Below are positions 38,506 to 48,200 of a DNA stretch of 64,000 bases, one piece after another. Within the stretch, counting starts at the first letter, position 1; the number at the start of each line of letters is the position of its first letter. Position numbers and translations under genes: made by a program. Source of the stretch: Candidatus Poseidoniaceae archaeon. Lineage in GTDB: Archaea > Thermoplasmatota > Poseidoniia > Poseidoniales > Poseidoniaceae. The stretch spans positions 10,859 through 74,858 of the forward strand of contig JBMTJI010000006.1 of assembly GCA_049438185.1 (NCBI GenBank). The letters are read 5' to 3'. The notes beneath the pieces are model-generated. The model was given only the letters and a program-made list of their open reading frames with translations. It did no database searches and was not told where the DNA came from.

Positions 38506-38739
38506 ATCTTCGCCCAGAAGTTTGGCCATTTCTTCAAGGGCTTCCTCATCAGGCTCATCAAAGCGTTGGGGATGTCGAGCACCACCTTCCAACGTATCTT
38601 CACCAGCAACTTTTGGTGCATGATTCTTCAACATCTCTTCTCGATTCTTTCGTGCTCGCATGGCAACAAAAATCATCATTCCAAGGAAGGCTAGAATGAG
38701 AATTACGGTAGTGATGGTCTTGGTGCTGTCTTCTGCCAT
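38488..38739 (-). CDS. Small single-TM protein with acidic tail
   Basis: N-terminal TM, basic stop-transfer segment, acidic C-terminus. Confidence 0.6.
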   Translation of the reverse strand: MAEDSTKTITTVILILAFLGMMIFVAMRARKNREEMLKNHAPKVAGEDTLEGGARHPQRFDEPDEEALEEMAKLLGEDSEDEA

Positions 38740-38760
38740 GGATGCCTCTTGCATTCGCCT

Positions 38761-39963
38761 CTAAAGATTGTTTTGCACTGTTGGCGATTCATCGAGGGGT
38801 TTCGCCAAATGCCGACGTGATGAGGCAGGAGGTTGAATCCATTGATTCCTAGGCAAATCACGATGTGTTTCAGTCCAAGCATCTTCAGTCTTAAATCCAC
38901 ACTTTTTACATCGAAGCCCTTGATTGACTCCCATGGATGAGAGGGCTTTTTCACATGTGGGACAGGATGGTCGATTCTGATTGGCGACGAGGTGTCGAAT
39001 CCGTAAAACTTCGATGTGAATTGAACGATTTGGTGACATGAGTCCATTGCATTCAAGGATGTCATGTGGTTGCAATTGTTGACAAATTCTTGCAATTTCG
39101 CCTGATTCCTTGAAGGCTACAAAACGATGCTCACCAGAATGAATCAGCGTGTGACCTCCCTTGAGAATCTCAACCTTCTCAACACGAATCTCGATTGGTT
39201 CATCCAGATGATCGTTGGTTGCATGATTTGTTTCAAACACCATCGAACCTGAAGTGGCTTCGGTTTCTGACGCATTGAGAAGAAGTTGCAACGCTTCATT
39301 CGCAGCATCTTGAGTCCAGGTGCGAATCCCAAACAGGACGGGAGACGCACCCCTTGGTGCCAACAAACTCGTACCAAGTCGTTCATCGCGACACAGGAAA
39401 GATTCTGCCATTTCTTCAATGTATTTCATCGCATTTTGATCCAGTTGTCGAGGATTCTTATTGGTGGATTCTCTCCATGCAATGGCCTCGAAGGTTGTCC
39501 TCTTTGCAGGCCATAGGACTGCCAGTGTGGCTCCAATTCTGCCATGACCTCCCCAAGATTGTTTTGGAATTGGCAATTGTTCAAGAGATAATTCTTCCCT
39601 TAGACCTCTTCTATAGAATTCTTCATCATTGATTTTATCTGTGAACCATACCATTCCTGGATCTGAAGGATACTGTTCTCGTTCACTGTGTTCACTCTCT
39701 ATTACTGTACCCTTTAGAGGCAGAAGATGGTTGAACCAATACTCATCGAGGAATGCTAGCAATGCGGATTCATCTGTTGTTGACAATTCAACAGCAACTG
39801 CAGCATTTCCACGGGTTCGACGCCGAGCGAATGGCCAGAGACGAACGAGCCGTGCTTGGCCAACTGCAACATGTTGCGGAAGGGATTGGATGAGGCGGTA
39901 GAGAACTTCCGTAGTACAGCCTCCCTTGAGAGAATCAGTATCATCGAGTCCTAACCATCCCAA
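38761..39963 (-). CDS. tiaS: tRNA(Ile2) agmatidine synthetase
   Basis: GLDDTDS..GGCTT, LVRL.P....TRGN, PVLFGIR, TNHATNDH, GGH and CPTC..CKKC motifs. Confidence 0.9.
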   Translation of the reverse strand: MGWLGLDDTDSLKGGCTTEVLYRLIQSLPQHVAVGQARLVRLWPFARRRTRGNAAVAVELSTTDESALLAFLDEYWFNHLLPLKGTVIESEHSEREQYPSDPGMVWFTDKINDEEFYRRGLREELSLEQLPIPKQSWGGHGRIGATLAVLWPAKRTTFEAIAWRESTNKNPRQLDQNAMKYIEEMAESFLCRDERLGTSLLAPRGASPVLFGIRTWTQDAANEALQLLLNASETEATSGSMVFETNHATNDHLDEPIEIRVEKVEILKGGHTLIHSGEHRFVAFKESGEIARICQQLQPHDILECNGLMSPNRSIHIEVLRIRHLVANQNRPSCPTCEKALSSMGVNQGLRCKKCGFKTEDAWTETHRDLPRNQWIQPPASSRRHLAKPLDESPTVQNNL

Positions 39964-39964
39964 A

Positions 39965-40579
39965 CTACCACCTCATGGGATCGTAATCATCACCCTGATC
40001 GCTGTCATCCAGAACTCGCTCAATCACTTGTGGCAAGCCCAATTGATCGGATACCTCGAATGTTCTCGCACCCACTGCCCAGCCAGCCCCCATATCGGAT
40101 TTACGATCACCAATCATGGCATCGAGTTGGTGCCACGGTTTTGGTTTTGCACCCGCCCAATGAATCCTTCCGTTGGTTCTTCGCTCATTCCGAAGGAGAT
40201 TGTTCCCCTTGACCAACATTCCTGGCCATGGCTTACGACAACCGCAACGATCTCTGTTTCTATGTGGGCAGGTTATGATGACATCAATTACCGCATCCGG
40301 GTGTTCATCGAGAAGTTGTTCACGCAATGCTGCGTGAATGGCATGCAGTCGCTCAACAGACCACAGTTTCCGCATAATGGGTGACTGATTTGTGACAACA
40401 CAAATGGAATATCCTTTCGAACGTAATTGCGCAATCGCTTTTCCACTACCTGGGATAATCTGCAGCTCATGTGGATGATTGACGTAGCCATTTCGCCCAT
40501 AATTGAGAACACCATCACGATCGATGAAAGCGATTGGCCCTTTGGCCAAACCAGAACCATCGACAATGGGTCCATCCAT
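39965..40579 (-). CDS. HAD-IIIA phosphatase (GmhB/HisB-like)
   Basis: FIDRDGVLN, TNQS, CPH..C.CRKP and IGDR.SD motifs. Confidence 0.88.
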   Translation of the reverse strand: MDGPIVDGSGLAKGPIAFIDRDGVLNYGRNGYVNHPHELQIIPGSGKAIAQLRSKGYSICVVTNQSPIMRKLWSVERLHAIHAALREQLLDEHPDAVIDVIITCPHRNRDRCGCRKPWPGMLVKGNNLLRNERRTNGRIHWAGAKPKPWHQLDAMIGDRKSDMGAGWAVGARTFEVSDQLGLPQVIERVLDDSDQGDDYDPMRW

Positions 40580-40652
40580 AGCCGTTCGATATCAAGCCAG
40601 TTGTTGGACTTAATGGGCAAACGTTTCTATTTGGAGGAGTTCTAGGCATGGT

Positions 40653-41579
40653 ATGTTCCTTTCCAAAGAGGTTGCCACCATCGCAGGCGCTCTTGGAATG
40701 GTTTTTCTCGCCATATCATGGCACAGACGGCACAATGAAGGTGTTTCACGCCTCGCTCAATGTGGTTGGATTTTGGTCGGCCTGTATTTCTTCAACGACT
40801 CCTTATATTATTTCGAACTTGAGGATCTTGTACTTACCATCATGACGGCGCTAGCACTGCCGATTTCGGTAGCATTGGTGATTGCAGAAGCTCGATCGTT
40901 GACGGAACGTGATCGAGCAGCCCTCAATTGGGCACGTGGATGCGTTGCCTATGCAGGAGGCCCCTACCTTCTTGTCGCTCACATTCCATGGCTCTCTGTT
41001 TTGGCGATTTGGTTCGTTGCTTCTCAAGTCGCTATGTTCCTGTCCTTCACCGGGACAGTGGATATCAAACTCGGTGAAACGTATGTCAATACATCTGAAG
41101 GTCGCTTTTTGTGGGACGATTGGGATGGCAACAAGTGGTTCATGACCGACGGTTTTGCAGAACACCCGTTCCAAACAGAATTGATCATGGCCGATGGTGG
41201 ATTCATTGGCATTAATTTCGTATTAGCTTGTACTGCGCTTCAATCGATGATCGTATTTATTGGAGCGATTTCAGTCCTTGATGTCGATCGAAAGCGCCGC
41301 ATTCGAGCCCTGCTCTTCACGGTACCAATCATTCACATTCTCAATCTGTTCCGAAATGCAGGGCTTGTATGGATGCATCTCTCTTACGAAGGATGGGAAT
41401 ACCTTGGTTTGAGCATGTTCGAATTTGGACATTCTTATGCTGCACGAGTCGTCTCGCTCTTTGCCATGTTTGTGATGGCGATTGCGATGTTCGAGTTACT
41501 TCCTGAGTTGCATCGACACATCCTTCGATTGATGGATGCATCTGGACTTCGTAAGAAAAAGACGAAGATTAGTCCTTAA
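40653..41579 (+). CDS. artA: Archaeosortase A
   Basis: Multi-TM protein with LACTALQS (catalytic Cys), LNLFRNA (Arg) and FGHSYAAR. Confidence 0.85.
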   Translation: MFLSKEVATIAGALGMVFLAISWHRRHNEGVSRLAQCGWILVGLYFFNDSLYYFELEDLVLTIMTALALPISVALVIAEARSLTERDRAALNWARGCVAYAGGPYLLVAHIPWLSVLAIWFVASQVAMFLSFTGTVDIKLGETYVNTSEGRFLWDDWDGNKWFMTDGFAEHPFQTELIMADGGFIGINFVLACTALQSMIVFIGAISVLDVDRKRRIRALLFTVPIIHILNLFRNAGLVWMHLSYEGWEYLGLSMFEFGHSYAARVVSLFAMFVMAIAMFELLPELHRHILRLMDASGLRKKKTKISP

Positions 41580-44500
41580 TCCAAGGTGAATCAGGATCGT
41601 CACGATGCCATAGTCGTCCACTGTTCGGTGGATATTCAATGTGCTCTCGACCCTTTGAATCCATCATTCCCATCAAACTCGCTGCTGGCTGGTCATGTTC
41701 GGGTTGAGACTCAAAATTATCCCCGCCAAAGTCGTAGATGGGTATATTGGTTGTTTGGCCAGATGGGGCAACTTCGTTCACGATGATTGATTGCAGTGCC
41801 TGACGTCCGGTGGATGATGCTTCTGCAAGGTTGTCACCCATATTCAACATCTGTTCTGAGAAAGCATCTGTTTTGTTCCATTCTTGATCCAAGTTTTGGC
41901 GAGAACCGCCTCCGCCACGGGCAAAGAGAACCAAGAGCCCGATGAGGACGATGAGCATAGCCCCTCCAGCACCATAGAGCATGTCATTGGCAACGCTTGG
42001 TGCAAAGTCAGCATTGTCGCCGATTCCGTCACCATCTGCGTCTTTTGACTCATTGGGATCGTTGGGGAATTGATCATCAACATTTGGCACACCATCACCA
42101 TCTGTATCGAATGGATTGAAGGTGGTCTTACAGTTTTCAATCGCTTCCTCAAGTTCATCTTGTGTGATGTAGTCGTCGCCGTTTTCGTCCAAGAACTTCA
42201 AATCGTAGGTATTTCTCAAATCCAACGATTCAAAGAATTCCGTCGAAGTCTTATACGGAAGTTGCTCCATCATCGAATTGAGTTCGTTCTCGCACGTGCA
42301 CGAGAATGCAACAACTTCAGTGAATTCAATCATACCATCGCCATTCACATCAACATCGGCAAATTCGATATCATTTGGTGGATCTGACCGCCTAAACTCA
42401 TCCGCATTCATCAATCCATTGCCGTTGATATCAACCTCTTCGAAAAACTCTTCGAGATTATAATCGCATGCATAGATATCTTCGGGTTCAGGTTCAGGAT
42501 CTGGGTCTGGCCCTGGACGGTCGTTTGTTTTCCAATAGGCAACAATGGAGACATCTGAGAAATCATCTTGTGCAACGACTGTAATGTCAAAACGACCCGC
42601 TGCAGGTGAATAGATGTACAATTCTTGGTAGGTACCTTCTCCATATGATGTGAACTCTTCTTCGAAGATGTCCTCATCCATAAAGTCATCAAAACCTTCG
42701 AACTCATCAAAGCCGAAGAAATCGCCATAGTCCACCTCGCCATCAGCAGTGATGTACAGTGAACCGTCTCCACCAAATGTTGTGATGATCAGTTCTTCTG
42801 CGCGAGACTCGAGATCGACATAGAAATAGAGTTCTTCTCCGGCAGGAGCACTGAGTCCGTCGACGTCTTCATCATTGAACAACTCAATCGGTGTACCATC
42901 GTATTCCCAAATGTAGAGGTCTTCGAAGGATGCTGTGATCGACACTCCACTGAACACACTTTCAGAGTCGAGGAGAATGTGCCACTTGCCTGGAGTTGGG
43001 TTGTTGAATCCAATCTTGTCTCCTGCACCTGGAGCTCCTGAATGATGATCTGCTTCGCTTGCCGTAGGTGTGTTTTCATAGCGCATGTGGAGCGTTGCCT
43101 CACCGAATCCTCCGTCGAGGTCAACTTCAAGTCGCTCTGTTCCAGTTGGAACGTCGATGAAGAAATATTGGTCAAGACCATCGTAACCGCTCATTGGCCC
43201 ATATGCAACACCTGGTTGTAATTCGATAGCAGTTGATGGATCTGCATTGTCTGGTGCATACGTGAAATCAGCGACGATTGTGAAATCAGAAGCCTTTCGA
43301 TAGGTGAAGGCTGTGATGTAGTATATTCCAGGTTCGACATCAAACAAATTAACCTCTTCACCATTACCATCGTTGGTTGACCAAGCAATGTTGCTTTGCT
43401 GATATTCTGCTACGGAATATTCATCAAAATATGGTTCCCCGTAATAGTAGTAGTAATTCGGGTCAATCGGCCCTCCTGAGGAGAGAATAAGGTCGATGTT
43501 TCCTTTTCCTCCATACGTTTCAATCTTCAATTCTGTGAGTGAATCGGTAACATTAACGTAATAGTATTCCAAGGCCGCATCCCAGCTATCACGACCGGAT
43601 TCGACGGTTTGGGATGTGATGGGGACACCATTGAACAACTGGGTCATTTCATCAAGACTTGGTGGCTCTTCGGCAACTTCCCAAGAGGCGATGATTTCCA
43701 ATTCCTCGATGTCTTGCTTGGCAACGATGGAGTACCACATAATATTGTGTTCTGGCCATGTCCATGAGTTGAAGACTGAACCCCAATAACTGGTCAACTC
43801 CATGTCGTAATCCCAAGGCGCTGGTATGCGATCGTAACCAACATATGCGTCGAAGAGCATGTTCTCTTCGTAATCATAATCCCAATCGTCGTAAAATATT
43901 TCAGACCAAGAATAAATAGCAATGTCGGTCATGAATGTGTAGTCGTCGAGTTCTGCATAGAAGAGGAGGGTGTCGCCTTCCTGGATGTTTTCCAATACAA
44001 GGAATTCATCGTTGGGTAGTTCTACCGCTTGCGCGACGATCGAACCATCAGGCATGACCCAATCGGCACCGTGAATGGTACCAATACGATCCATTGTAGC
44101 ATCGTTCAATGCATCCCCTGTGTCCCCACCTTCACCTTCCCAGAACGTCCATCGACTGACAGGCTCCCACATGTTCTGTTCAACAAATGAGATGGTAAGG
44201 TCATCGATGATGCCTTCGAAATGATAGCAGTCGCAACCAGCACCCATTCGAGCGATGTACAATTCATCGCATGCGTCGCCTGAGGTGAAACAGTCATTGG
44301 AGCCAAAATCCCCTTCAGGAATGTTGGCATCCTCGGCAGAAATGTTCCCTGCAGGAACACCATCAATGGTGAAAAATCCTCCAACTCCTTCGATGAGTTG
44401 AACACCGATGGTATGCCAGGTGCCTTCAGTAATGCTCATGTTGGATGTCGGATGCTTGGAAAGACTGTATTCGGATGCGTATCCAATGGCGCCATTAGAG

Positions 44501-45195
44501 AGATACATGCCCCATCCATAATCCCCTTTCATGGTAATAAATCGAATACCATCAAGACTGCTTGCTTTGATGGTCGCTTCGATGTTCAGCGTTCCATTTG
44601 CGATCAAACCCTCGTCATGGTCGATGACGATGTGGTCTTCAATACCATCAAATCTGAGAGAGAAATCTGCACCGGGTCCAACTTCAACAACACCGTAGAC
44701 GGGGAAGTATTCTGGATTGTTTTCCAAATCGTTCCATGTTTGAGGATCAATGTTGCCCATGTTGGTTGAAGCGATGTGTACATAGTCAGAATCATCTCCT
44801 CCTGTTGGTTGGTCGACACCCCAATTGCGGTACAAGAATGGCGTGCCATCGTGCCATCGGTAAATGCCTTCGTCTTGAACATCGTTCAATCCAATCCACA
44901 AATGCCGACTTTGATTGTCAAAACTGGCAAAGGTGTCGAATACCCAAGTGTTCTCTTCAGAATCGTCGATGGTCGTTAGATAACCATCGAGAGAACGCGC
45001 CTTGAACGCAGCATCTTCCCAAGACGATGCGGAGAGAAGGTGGTACGTCTTGTTGTTATCGGGATTGACTGCTGTATGCAAGATATCGATTTCATCGAGT
45101 TCACTTGAATTTGCTTGAACCATTGCGACCATGCATGTTGAGGCGAGCATCATCAGAATCAGTGTTGTAGCAACGAACGGAGAGCCTTGGGCCAT
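41569..45195 (-). CDS. Large cell-surface protein: C-type lectin-like, LamG, PPC repeats, EF-hands, TSP3-like, TM
   Basis: Signal peptide; WIGLND..YRW..NW..QP; LamG-like segment; repeated YYYV..LKI.T.GG.G modules; DINGNG, DVNGDG and DENGDD loops; DTDGDGV.N..DQFP; C-terminal TM. Confidence 0.8.
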   Translation of the reverse strand: MAQGSPFVATTLILMMLASTCMVAMVQANSSELDEIDILHTAVNPDNNKTYHLLSASSWEDAAFKARSLDGYLTTIDDSEENTWVFDTFASFDNQSRHLWIGLNDVQDEGIYRWHDGTPFLYRNWGVDQPTGGDDSDYVHIASTNMGNIDPQTWNDLENNPEYFPVYGVVEVGPGADFSLRFDGIEDHIVIDHDEGLIANGTLNIEATIKASSLDGIRFITMKGDYGWGMYLSNGAIGYASEYSLSKHPTSNMSITEGTWHTIGVQLIEGVGGFFTIDGVPAGNISAEDANIPEGDFGSNDCFTSGDACDELYIARMGAGCDCYHFEGIIDDLTISFVEQNMWEPVSRWTFWEGEGGDTGDALNDATMDRIGTIHGADWVMPDGSIVAQAVELPNDEFLVLENIQEGDTLLFYAELDDYTFMTDIAIYSWSEIFYDDWDYDYEENMLFDAYVGYDRIPAPWDYDMELTSYWGSVFNSWTWPEHNIMWYSIVAKQDIEELEIIASWEVAEEPPSLDEMTQLFNGVPITSQTVESGRDSWDAALEYYYVNVTDSLTELKIETYGGKGNIDLILSSGGPIDPNYYYYYGEPYFDEYSVAEYQQSNIAWSTNDGNGEEVNLFDVEPGIYYITAFTYRKASDFTIVADFTYAPDNADPSTAIELQPGVAYGPMSGYDGLDQYFFIDVPTGTERLEVDLDGGFGEATLHMRYENTPTASEADHHSGAPGAGDKIGFNNPTPGKWHILLDSESVFSGVSITASFEDLYIWEYDGTPIELFNDEDVDGLSAPAGEELYFYVDLESRAEELIITTFGGDGSLYITADGEVDYGDFFGFDEFEGFDDFMDEDIFEEEFTSYGEGTYQELYIYSPAAGRFDITVVAQDDFSDVSIVAYWKTNDRPGPDPDPEPEPEDIYACDYNLEEFFEEVDINGNGLMNADEFRRSDPPNDIEFADVDVNGDGMIEFTEVVAFSCTCENELNSMMEQLPYKTSTEFFESLDLRNTYDLKFLDENGDDYITQDELEEAIENCKTTFNPFDTDGDGVPNVDDQFPNDPNESKDADGDGIGDNADFAPSVANDMLYGAGGAMLIVLIGLLVLFARGGGGSRQNLDQEWNKTDAFSEQMLNMGDNLAEASSTGRQALQSIIVNEVAPSGQTTNIPIYDFGGDNFESQPEHDQPAASLMGMMDSKGREHIEYPPNSGRLWHRDDPDSPWIKD

Positions 45196-45278
45196 GTTCC
45201 TGTCATCAAATGGACGTTCATAACTCCATTGCCTGCCTCAAGGGATTTCACCATACAGTATATAGGCGGAATACAAAC

Positions 45279-48200
45279 CTATTCGATTTTCTTTCCACCA
45301 ATTCGTAATTCCGTATGGAGTGGCATTTGGTGTTCCCAGGCAAATTCTTTCACAATACGCCAGCCCTTTTCGCTACCTTCGTAATCCGTCACATCGATTG
45401 TTTTGTTCCGAGTATTTGCTTTGAAAGCGGCAACTGGTTCAGCATTTCGGAACACAAGATAGGCGCTTCCGAAACCAAATTTTTCTTTTAGAACATCTCC
45501 AAAGTACGGTGCAATAGGGTCTGTTGGTGGTAAGACAAAGTCCCGGATTGGGTTGATCGTTTTGGCTGTTTCAAGCAGTTCTTTTCGCCCCCAACAAACT
45601 TCATGCAAATTCTCGATGAGGAATCCTTTGACGAGTGTTCCATCTTCCTCAAATTCATTGAGAACGGCTTTGAGTTCTTCTGGTTTAAATGGTGTGCCAG
45701 ATAATCGTAGTAATTGTTTGATAGTGATGACCGGATAATCCTTGACGAGATTTCGTAAATATTCCCGTCGAAGGTGAACGGGATCTTCGTCGGTTCTCGG
45801 GTGAACAGCACGGAATCCCCCACGAAAATCTTCTACGATATGTCCTGTTCGAATAAGCGGCTGAACGAGTTTCCTAAATTCAGATTGAGTGAGTGCATGA
45901 CGTTCCTTGAAGATGTTAGGATCGGTTTGTGAACTGAAGAAATCGATAATGTCAACCAAATCTTCCTCGGGAGGGATACCGCGAATGCTAAGCAAGGTTT
46001 CGAAGTATTCGTACGGTGCCCATACCTGGTGACCTCGCATATTGACACCTTTGTGCAAACGGTTTGCGCTGGCCATTGACTTGAGATTCGTTCGGAACAC
46101 TTCGCAGCGGCCACGTAAGGCAAAATCATCACGAATTTCCTTGATTTTGCGAAGGGCTAACGTCTCATTCTCGTGACGGGTTTCTTGATGCAGATGATGT
46201 TGATGGAAGAGGGCACGCTCGGCAATTTCACGAGGCTGTGGGTCGACAACACCACCTCGAATCATTCGTTCCCCAACTTGTTTGAATCCTATTCGTTCTA
46301 AACCATCACGCATTGGTTTGCTGAGTTCTGAAATTGGTTCACTGTTTACATTTGTGAGCACTGCAACATCAACCAATTGATCGGCATGATTTTCGAGCAA
46401 AATCAGGAAGGCATCACAAAATTCTTCAAAATAGGCCGTTGGAACATGCATGTCTTTGATTTCGAGATAATCGTTGACTCGGAACATCAAGACTTTGCCA
46501 ACAGGATCGACCCCTTTGAAGACAGGAAGATACCATCCTCGATCCAATGCTGAACGGACTTCCCAAATAAATCGAGAAACGTATGGGTCGGATTGTGTTA
46601 AAATCCGGATCGTACGATCTTCGCGTCGTGGAACTTGCAACATTTCAACTTCAGTTGGTGTACAGTAGAAGTCCTCAGTATCGGGAACCAAGGCAGTGAC
46701 CTTTGAAATACGGCCACTCGTTTCTAAATTATGCAAAGCTACGAGAAGATCTTCATAATTCCTCGACACATAAAATCGCAACGTGCTTGCCTTCACAGGA
46801 CCCATGCGACGAACAACTTCTTCCAGAGCATCTTCGAAATCCATTGGCTTGTAGACGCCATAGACCTTGTGGAACAACGACAATCGACGACGACGTCCAA
46901 TGACCTCTTCGAATTGCTTTACAAACAGCATTTGTCGGTCAAGATTTGAAATCGCATTTTTGACATCCCGTTCCATTTGTCGATGTTCCTCACCTTTCGG
47001 GAAATCTTGAACCAATTCTTGTCGCGTGATGTTTTCTTCTGGGTCAAGTTTGGAGAGAACAACCTCTTCCATCGCTCCTATCCATGGTTCTGGTTTGAGT
47101 CCAAGAAGCATTGGGATGTTGTTCTTTGTCGTGTACCCCATGCGATTGTGAAGCAATCGACCGCTGACGACATCGGAATCGAGCTGCAAATCTTTCCAAT
47201 CTTTGAATCTGAAGTCTTCAATTCTGTAGAGTAATTCTTGTTGTTTCTGTACCAGGACATGTTCGTTAAATGCCTCGAATACATCATCGTATTTTTTGAA
47301 CGATTTATCGAGAACAAGATTTTGAATCCACCGATATTCAACAATATCTTCCTCTCCACCAGTGATGCGATGTTCGTCAACCTTTAGGATCAGTTCTGCT
47401 TCATCTGTTTGCGTAAAGAAGCCAACGGAAAGGACGTTTCGGGTTTCGAGTTCATGAACGATACGATCGACAGATTTCTCAGAGAATGGAAGTCGTTGAT
47501 GCAAAACTTCGGTTGTTTTCGGCCCTTCAGAACCGAGAATTTCGAGCACTTTGACTCGGAGTGCTTCATGAGGATCACCTACCGATACGGTCTTCCACTT
47601 GGTAGGCGTTGTCTTGTCAAATTCGTTCGCGATTTTGAAGGACATTCCTTTTGTATCGTAATCTCGTAAATCAACGATTGATTTCGAATCATTTGAAGCA
47701 AGGCAAGCGAGTGTACCGTGAATTTCAGCCATGAATGGGTTGAACCATTTCCCATCAATTTCTGGTTCACCCGTACCATCAATTTTGGTAATTTTTCCTC
47801 CCTTGCAAAGTTCTTCAACCCACGTTCGAATGAGGTCTAAATCGATGCCTTCCAACTTTTCTCGATACAATGGATTGTTGAACTCTCGGTCAAGTCCACC
47901 TCCGTGTTGCATAAGCTCGTAAAGCGTTTGTGGAGAATGAGGTACTGGGGCTTTGTCGGTGTAGTACTTGTCCAGTTGTTCCTTGGTCATTTCAGTCGCA
48001 AGGCTTCGTGTCCCCATCAATCGTCGAAGGACTTCTGGATCGATGTCTTTGACAAGGAAAGCACGGGTTTTCATGGACATAAGATCCTCAAATGCGGACA
48101 TGTAGAGGCTCATACCGAGTCGTGAAGGAATGGTTACCTTGGTGTGTACAATCCGAGCATCACCTTCGATGCATGATTCGAGGAATTGGTTGAGACCAAA

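Noticed and set aside
42483..42512. Short tandem DNA repeats (ggttca/ggatct)
   Set aside because: They encode the PDPDPEPEPE linker; not a CRISPR array or an independent repeat element.
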